Positions 11,773-24,684 of a DNA stretch of 64,000 bases are shown piece by piece (position 1 is the stretch's first letter; the number at the start of each line of letters is the position of its first letter). The notes beneath the pieces are model-generated. The model was not told where the DNA came from, did not search any database, and saw nothing but the letters and a program-made list of their open reading frames with translations. A program made the translations under genes and the position numbers. Origin of the DNA: Podarcis erhardii (lineage: Eukaryota); NCBI GenBank assembly GCA_964252035.1, contig OZ176207.1. One strand, 5' to 3'.

Positions 11773-12345
11773 TGTGATGGCCTGGGATTCCGATTCAGAG
11801 GCTGAACCAGAGGAATCCCAGCCTGCACAGGAGTCCCCGCCTCCAGGGCCGGCTGAACTGGGGCAGGGCCTGGATTCTGAAGCGCCTGCACCTGTGTCGG
11901 ATCCTCAGGAGCAGGCACCAGGTGATCCCACTCTGGCTCCAGAGGTGGTTGAGGACTCAGTGCCTGCAGGTGAGTCTCCCCCTGGGCTCAGTAACCCTTT
12001 AGCCTCTCCTGAACTGCAGAGACTCAGGGCAGAGAGGCAAAGGGAACTGGTTGCTCCCAGGAGGAGTGCTCGCATTAAGGCCAAGAGAGGCGGGTCTCCT
12101 GGGGGCCGGGACCGCCCCTGGCCTCAGAACAGATAAAGGCCAGTCGGCCTGGTCCCAGGTTGTGGGAGCAACGTCGTTGTTGAGTACCTGTTCCTGCCCG
12201 GACCCAGACCTGACTCTCCAGTGCTCCTGTCCCCGCCCGGCTTCTTGCTTCGGACCTCGCCCCGCTCCTTCGGAACTGTTTCCAGGCTATTGACCCAGGA
12301 CCGGACTTTGACTATGCCAACGGTAACCTTCCCCCCCGGGACCAG
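11773..12345 (+). mobile_element. LTR of a Gypsy-type retrotransposon, nested in a hAT MITE; 3' end in the gap
   Basis: Starts TGTGATGG, is GC-rich and young-looking, and has a TATA-like GATAAA at 12132-12137. It interrupts a hAT-like element that resumes after the gap. Confidence 0.65.
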
Positions 12346-12503
12346 NNNNNNNNNNNNNNNNNNNNNNNNNNNNNNNNNNNNNNNNNNNNNNNNNNNNNNN
12401 NNNNNNNNNNNNNNNNNNNNNNNNNNNNNNNNNNNNNNNNNNNNNNNNNNNNNNNNNNNNNNNNNNNNNNNNNNNNNNNNNNNNNNNNNNNNNNNNNNNN
12501 NNN
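12346..12503. other. Assembly gap (N run)
   Basis: Run of N bases. Confidence 1.
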
Positions 12504-12559
12504 AGCACCCCTGACCATCATTCAAGGCACCCTGGGATGCCACGGCACACTGGACTATG

Positions 12560-13000
12560 AATACCTCTGGACTATGGAATCCTCCTGGACTGGCTCTGTG
12601 AAGTGGGGATCTGGGGGCACTGCACTACAGTTGTCCTGGTCCCGTCTATGGGACCAAGTGCAGAAAGGAGCACTGGAAAAGTGCTTTTTGGCTCCCTGGC
12701 AGTTATGCCACAGGTCACTGTTTTATCCCCAATGCTATGAAACCACTGGGAGTAGTCATTAGGAGTTTGGGGCAGGATGCCATTCATATACTGACGATGC
12801 TCAGGTCTATTTTTTGAAAACATCTGAATCAGGGGAGGTCATGCAGGCCTGAATACAATGGTGGACTACATGAGGGAAAATAAACTGTACTCGAATCCTG
12901 GCAAGACAGAGGCACTGTGGGTATAGAAATTTAATAAATAATATTTTTTGTAAACCACTTAGAAGTTTTATTTATAAACAAGCAGTATATAAATTTTGCT
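12560..13000 (+). mobile_element. L2 LINE RT fragments and tail
   Basis: Remnants of GIGGTALQW, G.GCHxYxDDxQ and M.ENKL..NPGKTE-like L2 RT motifs, then an AT-rich tail. Confidence 0.65.
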
Positions 13001-13817
13001 AAATCGATCAATTATAGTCACCTGAGTCACAGACTCACATGCAACTTTCAATAAGGGGATAATAGCTTCTATTTACAAAGCTACTATATTGTCACCATTC
13101 TTTCCTTTGGAACTTTCGTTCATTTGTTACAACACCCCAAGGCTATTCATATTCTATATATTCAATTTATTTTGGACAATATTGAACTTGACATCCTTGA
13201 TTAATAAGAGGACAGTTTTCAGAACTATAAGTGTGTCGGGTCCATAGAGGGAAGCAAAACCTACAAAAGGAGTCCTGTGGCACCTTTAAAAGCTATTGTG
13301 TTTGTTAACGGCAGAATCTTTTGCAGGCTAGAGCCCAACTTTATCACATGGTGACAATGTCAAGGAGTTTTCAAGGTGTTGCTTCATTCTAGCATGGTTG
13401 TCTGTGGTTTGGGGTGCTGCTGGCTTTCTCCAGCTATCTCAGATATTCATTATCTGAGGGAGGCAGAAAGTGCTACCAGACCATGTTTTCATCATCCAGC
13501 ATCCTCCTCCAATCTACATGACTGTATTCCAAGTTTTGGCCAGCCCCTTTAACTGCAATTTGTTCTGCAGCAAATTAATGGTGAAACACTTTGCTCCATA
13601 CTGCCACTTGATGACTTTTGCAGAGGCACAGAGTGAGAGCTTTCTTTTTTGGCCAACTGGCAACCCTATTTTAATAATAACCAATTCAGCTCAGTTGGAT
13701 TTGCTTAATAGCTTGACAAGAGATTGTTGGTAAGTCATTTAATCCTCTCATTTACAACCCAGCTTCTTCCTTTTTTGGTAACAATAGATAGAACCAGACA
13801 ACCAGTATAACAAGAAG

Positions 13818-13955
13818 CAGGGATAGGGTATCTGTGACCCTCCAGATGTTGTTAGACTCCAACTCCCATCAGTCTCAGCCAGGGTGGTCAACAGTCAGGG
13901 ATGATAGGAGCTGTAGTCTGGACACATCTGGAGGACCATGGGTTCCCCATTCCTG
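13818..13955. mobile_element. hAT-type palindromic MITE (diverged)
   Basis: Imperfect inverted arms CAGGGATAGGG..TGTGACCCTCCAGATGT / ACATCTGGAGGACCATGGGTTCCCCATTCCTG. Confidence 0.7.
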
Positions 13956-14227
13956 CCTTAATCCATAGGTTGGTTCATTCACTGCATATGGAAAACTGAA
14001 GTGTGAGATAACATAGACTCAAACTCACACAACCCTTTTCGATTTTTTTTAGTACGATATATTATAGAAATGGTGGCAGAACAGCTGTAGAGAAAGATCA
14101 GGCTGCTGCTGCCTCAGCTACGCATCCATATACAGTATTCAGTGCATTTCCACAACAGCACAGAACTAAAATCCATAGTTGGAACTTTGGAAAAGCTTTG
14201 CAGAAGATGAGAAAATAAATAACTCAC

Positions 14228-14286
14228 CCACTGGTTCCTGGTCTCTGGGCCTGAGAGAAACGCCAGTCTGTGTTAGGTTGTGCTTG
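14228..14286 (-). CDS. PCDHG: Protocadherin gamma constant exon 1 (59 bp)
   Basis: Encodes [20 protein letters not shown]. Acceptor CTTGCAG| and donor GG|GTGAGT; length and phase match the mammalian exon. Confidence 0.97.
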
Positions 14287-17200
14287 CTGCAAGAGAAACA
14301 CAAAGAGAGGTTTAATGCTTCTATTCCTAAAATGAAGCTCAGCTATAAAATATACACACACATGCACACACAAGCAGAGAACACCATTATATGTTCCAAA
14401 ATACTTCTAAAGAAGCGTGATTGGTTAACATGATAAGAAAGTAATCTAAATAATCTTGCAGAAGATAAGACAGTCAGAAACTATCCATGAATAAATGAAG
14501 CATGAAATAAGCTTGAAGGGGCATCATTTAAACCAGAGAACACCAGAACATCAGGAATATTTTTTTTTTTTTGGGGGGGGGGGAGAAGACCAGAATTAAT
14601 TGGTACTGAGAGAATACCAACATCTGAAATGCTAATAGAATTTCCTAATTTATAATCTTTTCTGAAACAGGTCAGTGTTAGGGCTTTGATTTAATGTCTT
14701 CTGTTTCCTTTGATCTTTGGAGCTTTGCAATCTTTTTCGCCCACTGAGATTAAAAATTCCATTTCCCACAACAATAATGATTTCTTTGAAGGCGCAACAG
14801 AAGACACTATATCAGAATAGACTGAGCCATGTATTACTTTCCACCCACATTGTTGTATTATTAGAACAATGGACATTTTGTAAATAAAGGAGTACATAAA
14901 ATGCCACTATGAGCAGCATGTTTGAATGGCTCTTTGTGATCACAGCTGAAAGACACACTGTGGTTGATGCATGCTGCAAAACTCCAGATATCCTGTCAGT
15001 CTCCTCCATTAATCCTTCAGTAATAATATTCCACACCATTAGAGAGATTTGCACCCGAACTGTTGTTTATGTGTCCTTAACAAAATGGATAAACATGTTT
15101 TTAGATCAGGATACAAGGTGTAATCGACATCTTATTAAATCAATGTCAAAATTAGAACTGATTCAGGTGAATCTGGACTCCAAGAACCCTGCAAATAAAA
15201 AACTATATGCCTGCAATCCAAACCCCACTTGCCTGAGAGTAAGCCCAATTAAATTCAATAGGACTCATTTCTGAGTAGACATAGCTAAGGTTGAGACAAT
15301 GTGCCCTACTACAATAGGAGGATTCCAGCTTTTCTGATTATTGATCTGTGAACGCTAAAGGATTAAAATATACTACTGGTGTCAGTTAAACAAGTTCATA
15401 AATCTATTTATGTATGTGTATGTGTAAAATTATCATATATAACAGTATATAGCATGTATAAATATACATATATTTCTCTGCAGACTAAATATGCAGAAAC
15501 AAGCCTCCTCCTTTGAGTTATTCATTGTGAACACTTACTTCCTCAGTTGCTTCTATAATTTGCAGAGCCAGAGGCTACAATAATCAAACCTTGAATCCTA
15601 AATTTAAACACCTAAATACAGACAGTTCTTTAAATATATTTTGAGCATCTTCAGCACACACTGAATTAAAAAAACCCTTCACACACAACCTGTGGTTTTT
15701 CTGAAGTTTAGAAAATGGCACCTGTTTATTTAAGTTTCTAAATGTGGATTTAGACATTCCTAAAATGGTTAAGTTCCTGTCCCCAAGTCTCAAAAAGCTC
15801 AAATTTCAGCTATATTTCTTTACGAGGTGGCAAAAGCTGGAATGTGAAAGCTGTGTACGATAAGGATTGCAAAACAGAGTGTCATGTGTTGCAAAATACT
15901 GCATTCTTTCTGCACATAGTATCTTCATAGTGCCAGCAAAATTTAGAAGCAGGAAAGAAGCAAAAATGAAGTAAGAACAGTTTGTTAAAATTACTGATAT
16001 GTAAATTTTGTGTTGTTGCTTTTTCTTAAATAAGCTGAGCCTGCCCCTTTCACCAAGGGCTCACTGCTTCCTGTCCCTTGTGTTAACCCAATGGGGATTT
16101 TTCATTTTTAAAAATACGTTTTTTATTTTTTTTTATTTATATTTTAAAATGTATTCTTGCTCACATTATAACACATCCAAGTAATTCAGTTAAAAATATA
16201 CCGTCTCATTTGCAGTCACTCCTAGCTCCTGTCACTCATATGGAAAGGGCTTGATGATGCCTTCCTGTACACTTCTGAAATGCACATTCACTTCAATGGG
16301 ACTTGCACAGGAGAACTTCCCAGTGAATGGTCATAAGAAGTTTTCCCTAAGGTGCTGCTTAAGTGTAACTGTGATGTCACAGAATCGTGTATTTATAGGA
16401 CATACTTGTTTTAAACGCTTGCAGGCTGCTTTTGGGGCGAAGACCCCCGGCGCAACATGTCAAAATTAAAACATGCTCAAAATGGCAAAGTAACACCAGC
16501 AGCTTCACAGTTTTTCCACAATATTACCTTAAGATGGTGATAGATCTGGATTTGCCTGACAGTTTTACAGAACTCTGACAATGGTAGCAGTGAGGTGAGT
16601 AGGGAGTACTTTTTAAAACGAATCCAGCAACCCTCACCTTTTGACCCATCTCCTCACCATCATCACCATCACAGTCTCTTTTGCTAAAGGATCCATTAAG
16701 CACATCTGTGCAAAACGATGCAGCTAAAGATGCCTCAACATATACACCCATGTGGTCCCATTTCAGTCTCTTCCTTTGAACCTCTGCTCAGAACTAACGT
16801 CTTCCATAAAGCCTTTGGTTTAAACCTCTGGCTTCCCTCTCTAGCTGAGATGAGAGTGGAGTCAAAGTCTGTTCAGATCTGGCTTCTTCCCCAAATGTTT
16901 GCTGCACATGTAGAGAAGGTCTGGAGCAGAGCTCGTTTGTAGCTGCATCTGCTTTCATTCATCCTTCGCTAAACTTGCCTCCCCCTTTTCTCTGACTACA
17001 TTTAGGTCGAGAGCTTCTTGTGGCAGGGCCATGGGTTGTGCTTTTCTTTACTCTGTAAAGTGCTGTGCACACGGGTGGCATAATAATAATTCTACTGGGT
17101 TTTAAAAAGCCTAACTGACAAGCAACTGTAGCAACCCAAACAGGACTGTGGATCCACCTGACCTTATGTCCAGCATGGGGCTACCTAAACATCCCATCAG

Positions 17201-17810
17201 CTCATGGGTTTCTTCTTCCACAACAGGACTCCCCTTGCCTCTAGCCCCCCCCCCGTCCCACTCGCTGTGCACCACCTAACTCTGTGTGGAGGTTCCTCAA
17301 CTCTCTGGAGCAGATTTGGGGAGAGTTTGTGGAGCATGTGGAGAGGAAGAATGGGGGAGGGGAGGGGGCAGACCCCATTTCACAAGCAGAAATCCTTGCA
17401 CGGATGGGATGCATGTGTTGGATTATCACCCTATATATTTGTTTTATTATAATATTTTTATACCACCCTTTAATCATATCCCCAGAAGTCCCAGTCAAGA
17501 GCAACCACTGCACATGCATTCTCCTCTCACCCCAATTTACCATAGAACATCCTGGGGGGGAGGCAGTTGGAGAGAGTGTAGCATGGAAAGAAATGAAAGC
17601 CCTACATGCACCTTGTAAAAAGCATAATAGCTGCAAAATGAAGGAACCCCGGGATGTCACCCTCCACAACACACACACACATGCATACACACCTCATTTA
17701 CCTCTTTACACCTAGCAGATGGAAGTCTATGGTAGATAAATATGGTAGATAAATATGGATTTATGGATTGCAAGCAGAAATGTTTTAAGAATCACTTTAG
17801 TGTATCTTAC

Positions 17811-20246
17811 CCCATCAGAGGGACTCTGCAAAACACTGCCTGCCTGCTCAAAGGCAAGCATGCTTTCTGCTGTAGTGGAATGACTGAAAGGTTTAACAAA
17901 AAAGAATTCGCCCTGTTCAGACATTGGAGAGAGACAAGACTTGTAGTGCTGAGCTCCAGCTCCGCCCACTTCAAGGTATCTGATAAAGCCTTCGGGATGT
18001 GGGCGCCCAGTGAAATTTATGGTGGATTTCCTGTCTGTCCTCTTACTACAGCAGTGTGACATGAACCAGCTGGGGACACAGAGGCCAGATCGGAAGCACC
18101 TGGCCCCCACAATAACCAACATTACACAAGAGACCAGAGAGATGGCCACAAGAGAGATGATAAGGTAGAGAGTTAGGCTGGGGGCTCTGGAAGGTGATTT
18201 GGGGAGAAGGTCCAAGGACTTGGAAAAGTCCTGCACAGCATTATCCTCTGAGGAAATCACAAGAACCAGTGAGGCTGAGAGAGACGGCACTCCATTGTCT
18301 CTTACTTCTATCACCAACCTGTGGGACACCCCAGGCTCCCTCAATGCCCGAACAGCCCGGATCTCTCCTGAGTGGCGTTCCACTTTGAACGGGGTGGCTT
18401 CATTGGCATCCTGAAGCAAACTATAGGACAGCCAAGCATTGTGGCCACTGTCAGCATCCACAGCCACCACTTTGGTCACCAGGAATCCAGGTTCCACCGG
18501 GAGCAGAACTGGCTGGTGAAAGGCAGAGCCCTTGGAGACTTGCGGGTGCACAATCACCGGGGCGTTGTCGTTCTGGTCCACAACAAACAAGTGAAGAGTG
18601 GCTGTGCTGCTCAGGGGTGGGAAACCCGAATCCTTCACCTCCACTGCAACTTGAAAGACTTTCTCTTGCTCATAGTCAAGCATCCTGGATGTGTAAATGC
18701 TGCCATTCTCTTGGTTGATGTGGAAATAGGTCGAAATGGGTAAGCCATGATTTCCATTGTCCAGAATGGAATAAGACAGCTTGGAGTTGACACCTGCATC
18801 CGGATCTGAGGCTGACAGAGAAAAAACTAGAGTCCCAGGGGAAGTATTTTCCTCCACATGGGCAGTGTATGAAGGGATGGAGAAAGTGGGTGCATTGTCA
18901 TTGACATCTGAGACTTGAATAAATATGTTTTTGTGGGTGGATTTTTGAGGCATTCCAGAATCTGTTGCTTTAATTGTGATATTATATCCAGCAGCCTTCT
19001 CTCGGTCCAGGGGCCCATTGGTCACCAGTGAATAATGTCCCTTAAAGGAAGACACCAGTTTGAACGGGATGTGCCTGGTAATCTCCAAGTGGACTTGCCC
19101 ATTTTCCTCAGAGTCGTTGTCCTTTGCTTGGATCAGGGCAATGACTGTTCCTGTGGGTGCATCTTCTTGCACTGGGCTAGAGAGGGAGGTCAGCATAATC
19201 TCTGGGCGGTTGTCATTGACATCAACAAGTTCCACTCTGATGTTGCAGTGACCCTCCATGGCAGGGGACCCCTTGTCTTTTATGTAGATAGCTATCTCGT
19301 AAGCATTGGCTTCTTCATAGTCCAGCAAAGCTTTGGTCCTGATCTCCCCTGTCTGGGGATCCAAGCTAAATAAGTCAAGGAGCTTCAGAGGTGCGCTATT
19401 GCTGGCTTTGAGGAAATACTCCATCTCTCCATTGGGACCTTCATCTAAGTCCGTAACATTGAGCTTAGTTACGACAGTCCCCACCTGGACATTTTCCTCC
19501 AAATAAACTTTGGACACTGGCGGGTCACACACAGGGGGGTTGTCATTTGCATCCAGGACGTGGACTGTCACCTGGGCAGTCCCAGACTGAACAGGATTCC
19601 CACTATCCAGAGCTGTCAGGACTAAGTGATGGACAGCGGCTTTTTCCCTGTCTAGAAGCTTCTCCAGCACAATTTCGGGCATTTTGACCCCGTCCCCCCT
19701 GACGTTAATGCTCAAGGCAAAATGTTCGCTTGGGCTAAGCTCATAGGTGGCAATGGAGTTGGAGCCCGTGTCCGGGTCTTCGGCGGCTTCCAGGCGCAAG
19801 CGGGTGCCCGGGTTGGCCACCTCGGTGATTTCCAAGGAAACCCTGTCCTTCGGGAACTTGGGGGCGTTGTCGTTCACGTCCAGGATCTCCACCTCCACCC
19901 GGTGGAGCTGCAGGGGGTTCTCCAGCACCAGCTGGAGGGGGAAGGAGCACGTGGGGCTGGAGCTGCACAGAGCTTCGCGGTCCAGCCTCTCGTGGACCAG
20001 CAACATGCCGTCGGCGAGGTTGACGTGGAAGTAGTGGCGCATCCCGTCGCTGACCAGCTGCAGGCGGCGAGCGGACAAGCTCCGCACGTCCACGCCTAGG
20101 TCCTTGGCCACGTTCCCCACGGAAGAGCCTGGGTCCCGGTCCTCTGGGATGGAGTAGCGAATCTGCGCGGGGATGAGCCCTGGCAGGGACAAGACGGCAG
20201 CCACCAGCGCCAGCAGCTGCCACGACCAGCTCTGCCCGCCGCCCAT
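17811..20246 (-). CDS. Extra C-type-like protocadherin gamma variable exon X3 (812 codons), the last variable exon
   Basis: Intact cadherin exon; first ATG at 20246 (the track start is TTG). Donor GGG|GTAAGA, phase 0. Confidence 0.92.
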
Positions 20247-20900
20247 GCCTGGCTCCTTTGCGCGCAAGGATGGCCGTCTCCAGCGGCTGCCTCTGCTCCA
20301 GGTATCCAGCCCGGGGGTGGCCGCTGCTGCCTCCGGACCCCGCCGCAGTCCGGTGCCCCCCGCCCCGCCCCCCAGGTCTGCTCCTGGCGGCTCCGGGGTG
20401 ACCTGAGAGGTGCTGTGCAGCGGAAAGGCGCGGGCTGCAGCTGGAGAGGCGGGAGGGGGGGGAGCGGGGGGATTTTAAAGCGCTCGGATCAGCAGCAGCT
20501 CATTGGCAAAAGGAGCAGCAGAGAAAAGGGGCTGTGAAATGGATACAGACAAGCGGCAATTCCCTCCTCGGCGGCGGCGGCGGCAGCAGCAGCAGCAGAG
20601 AAGCCCCTTCCCCGAAACGCACACACACCCTGCTGCTCCCCCCTCCCCAATCTCTCTTGCCACCAGTTTTCCCTCCCTGCGCTTCCCATTCCTTTCCCAG
20701 CGCAGCAGAGAGATTTGGAGGGCTGACCCAAGGGAGCCATTGGCCAGAAGAGCTCCCTTGATGCCCCTTTGGTGGAAAAGCAGGAATCGAAGGTGCAGAA
20801 CGCAGACAGGGCGAGCTGCTGACGGCAGCTGTAACTCCAGGAGGGGGGAGGGGGCTACTCTACCCTCCTGCAACCTCTTCACTTCAATCCCCTCCCCCTC
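19660..20900. promoter_or_regulatory. CpG island over the X3 promoter and EC1-EC2
   Basis: High GC and CpG density; (GCG)/(GCA) repeats at ~20570-20597; CCAAT boxes at 20502 and 20739. Confidence 0.8.
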
Positions 20901-21108
20901 CCCCCCCCCCATAAAGAAAGAGAGGAAAATTAGGCACACAAAGCTTTGGAGCAGATAGGTGCAATGTATCACAGCCTATGCTTGAGACCACGCACTGATT
21001 CCTCACCCCCACCCCAGGCACTTCTCCTAGGTGCAGGGAAACTCAAAAGAAAAGAAAGGTGGTGCCATGGCGGGAACAAAATAGGGACACTACATGGAAA
21101 ATTCTCAC

Positions 21109-23547
21109 CTTGCCAAAGAAGCTGGGTTCAGTGAGATTGCTGCAAGAGGCTGTCCTAAGTGTCAGATTAGGTTTCATGAATACAAATTCGCTAATGTCTG
21201 AGACAGGAGAAAAGCAGGATCTGTATCCGCGGGCAGGGGGTCCAGAAGTGGCCACTTGCACTCCTATCATGGCATCTCCAGGGCTCAGCTGATAATGGCA
21301 ATGTCCCATCACGTGATCTGAAGCATCCTGAAGCCCACCAGCTTTGCTTCCACAGCATCCAAAGATGGTAGATGTTGCATGTGAATCACGGCGGAGGCAT
21401 CGGACTCCCAAGGCCACCAAAGCCATCAGCGAGATGGTGGAAATTGCTGCCAAGGAGATGATAAGGTACACAGTCAGTGTGGGAGGTCCCTCAGTTTCCA
21501 CTGAGTGAGCTGTTAACCCCAGAAAGGTTTCAGGGCTGCTCTCCTCCAAGAGCACCATCACAGTGACTGAGGTGGACAAGGAAGGATCACCTGAGTCTTT
21601 GACAACCAGGACAAGGTCCTGGGTAGGATTGTCTATGTCCTGTAATGCTCGTGTAGTCCTCACCTCCCCGCTACGGAGGGCCATGCTGAAAATACCAGGG
21701 TCTGTGGCTTGCTCAACATGGTAAGAGAGCCAAGCATTTCGCCCAGAGTCCAAGTCCACTGCCATAATTTTTGTGATTAAGGCATTGGCTGCAGTAGATC
21801 GTGGAATTCTGAACTGCACAACAGAATCTTTCCCAGTAAAGGGGAATCGAATCCAGGGTGCATTGTCATTCTGATCTAGGAGGTAGATGTGCACCATGAT
21901 TCTGCTGCAGAGAGGAGGGGAGCCACCATCACATGCCTCCACCAGGAACTGAAAATGATTCGTATGCTCGTAATCAAAAGGGCTCTCTGCAAAGACATCT
22001 CCATTTGTTGGGTTGATGGAGACATAAGAGGTGAGGTCCTCAATCAATCCTTGCCCTGGGCTCGCCAAAACAGAATAAGACAAACGGGAGTTCTGGTCCT
22101 TATCAGAATCTGTTGCAGAAACTCTAAGCAGTACCACCCCCACTGGATTGTTCTCTTCTATGACGGCTTCATAAAATGGCCTGTCAAAATGAGGTGGGTT
22201 GTCATTGACATCTGCCAGAGTTATGGAGAAAGAGGTGTGCTCAGAAAGAGGTGGATTCCCCAAGTCAAAGGCATAGATGGTGACGTTGTATTGCGGAGTG
22301 CTCTCACGATCTAGCTGCTCACTGGTGAGCAAGGAATACTGGTGCTCAAAGTCTTTCCGAAGTTTGAAAGGAAGGTTTCTGGGCAGATCACACCGGACTT
22401 TCCCTTGATCCCCAGAGTCTCTATCCTTGACATGTATCACAGCAACCACAGTGCCAGGAGGCGCATCTTCACCCATAGAGCTGGAGAAAGAGGTGAGAAT
22501 AACTTCAGGTGCATTGTCGTTGACATCCGTGACTTCTACCATAACACTGCAGTGTTCCTCCATAGTAGGGGAGCCCATGTCCTTAGCCTCCACTTCGATC
22601 TCATAGACATTAGCCTCTTCAAAATCCAGGTTCCCTTGGACACGGATCTCTCCCGTAGTCTCATTGATAGCAAATATCCTGCGCAAGGCTTCTGAGTTAT
22701 GGCTGCTGAGGGAATACTGCACCTCTCCGTTAGGCCCTTCATCCAAGTCTGTTGCGTTCAGCTTAATCACCAGAGTTCCTGGAGGAGAGTTTTCTACTAA
22801 GCGGGTATAATAAGTAGGTTTGTCAAAAACCGGATGATTATCATTGGCATCCAGAATGTGGACAGCAATTCGAATAGCGCTAGATTTGGGTGATATGCCC
22901 CCATCTTCAGCTGTCAGGACCAAGTGGTGGACAGCAATGTGCTCCCTGTCCAGGGGTTTCTCCAGTACTAGCTCTGGGAATTTGGTGCCATCTGTACGTG
23001 CCTTCACGTTGAGGTTGAAGTTCTCATTGGCGCTGAGGTGGTAGGTCTGTAAAGTGTTAGTTCCTACATCTGAATCCTGTGCGTGTGGGATGGGGAAACG
23101 GGCACCCAGTGCAGCCAGTTCATAGATCTGCAGAGATATTGTGCTACTTGAGAACACAGGCGCATTGTCGTTGATATCCAGAATCTCCACTTCGATGCGA
23201 TAGAACTCCACTGGGTTTTCAATAGCAAGTTTGAGATGCAAGAAACAGCGCAGGTTCTGCCCACAGAGCTGCTCCCTGTCTATTCTGTCATTGACTATTA
23301 TGATTCCAGTGTTCACATTCACAGAGAAATACTGGGAGTCAGAATCAGAAAGCACCTGCAGATTGGCAGCTGCAAGCTTTGTCACATCCATTCCTAAGTC
23401 CTTAGCAACATTTCCTACAAAGGCTCCTCGAGTGAGTTCCTCTGGGACAGAGTAACGGATCTGTGCAAAACAGTCACTCAGAAACAGACAGAAGGCAAAG
23501 GCATGCACGAGTCCCAAACGCCAGGCAGAGTTTTCTGTTCTGAGCAT
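21109..23547 (-). CDS. Extra C-type-like protocadherin gamma variable exon X2 (813 codons), downstream of C5
   Basis: Intact cadherin exon; first ATG at 23547 (the track start is GTG). Donor AAG|GTGAGA, phase 0. Confidence 0.92.
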
Positions 23548-23786
23548 CTTTCTGAAATCCACAGCAGGAAGCTCTAAAACTGCAAAACAGGAGCTAAATA
23601 TAGCAGGCAGTATCTCTTTAAACCTCTGGAGGATTCACCACCTATCTCGAAGAAATATGAAATATATGAGAGGGAAAGGGTCTGTGGTCAGTGTTTACCT
23701 CTCTCATTCATTGTTTTGGTTTGAGAGAGATTGACACAGGAGGGGAGTGGTACACACCGCAGATCTTCAATGCTAACCTCCTGCTC

Positions 23787-23857
23787 ATTGGCTGAGACTG
23801 CCTTTCTATTTATCCAATCAGCAGCCTCCTTCCCAGGACAGCAACACACGCACCAAT
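23787..23857. promoter_or_regulatory. Cluster of three CCAAT boxes upstream of exon X2
   Basis: ATTGG at 23787-23791, CCAAT at 23814-23818 and CCAAT at 23853-23857, 240-310 bp upstream of the ATG at 23547. Confidence 0.5.
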
Positions 23858-24684
23858 CCAAGTCTGGAAGTTGCTACTGTGTGAAAAAGGACCGCGTAAC
23901 CTGCTGTTTTTAACCTAGAGACACCAGGCTAAAAGGCAGACAATGGAAAACAAAGCCCAAAATCTTGTCTGGTTTTGGCTTCTGTGCTAGCTATAGGACT
24001 CTTAGAAGCATACGCTGCAAAGAAATGTTTGCTCTAAAAGCACACTGACTCCTCACGTATTACATCCACAACAGAACAGCTGATTTGTCATTTTTATGAG
24101 CAAAGATAATTCAATGAATTCTAGGAAACAATAGTTCCTCTTACCCCAACCTAAGCTTCCAGATCAATCTCTTTTAGGTATTTCTAGGCTACCAAATTAA
24201 TACTGTATCTAGCTTTATTTACCGGTATTTCAGAAGCCTTAGACTCCACCCTTCCAATGTAAAAACTCAAGGGAGTGATTGGTTTTTCTTAGAGAAAGAA
24301 ATCTAATTGTACGGGGGGGGGGGGAGAGACTTAGCAGTTGCAAAAATACAAAAAGCTAACTTTGTGACAGGCAGCATTTGAGGGATGATTTTAAATTATC
24401 ATTTTCTTATTGTTCACATCCTAGTTCCAGTCCCTGCTCCCCTACCCACTTTCTCTCATTAAAAGGCAGCAATTTGTGGGAAGAAATCAATGTAATTTTC
24501 CCCACTCTCCTGCTCTCTCTTTCCCAAGGCGTTATCACTATTGTGCTGCAGGGTTAAATTATGAAGAAGGAGGCCCCACCCTATTCTGATAACTGATGAA
24601 TCAGCCCTCAGTCAAGTTTCAAAGTGTTACTGGAGACACCAGATTCATGTGGGAAAGGAGAAAAAGGACAAAATGCCACCTCAC

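Larger units (their letters stand above)
11459..12552. mobile_element. hAT-type non-autonomous element split by the LTR
   Basis: Begins with a CAGAGGTTTTCAACC TIR-like end. After the gap it ends with GGCACCCTGGGATGCCACGGCACACTGG, typical of such MITEs, but the terminal TIR is missing. Confidence 0.55.

Noticed and set aside
12124-12543. ORFs containing X runs (also 60318-60683)
   Set aside because: Artefacts of the N gaps.
16452-16478. Paired CATG as a p53 site
   Set aside because: Both half-sites have mismatches and the spacing is atypical.
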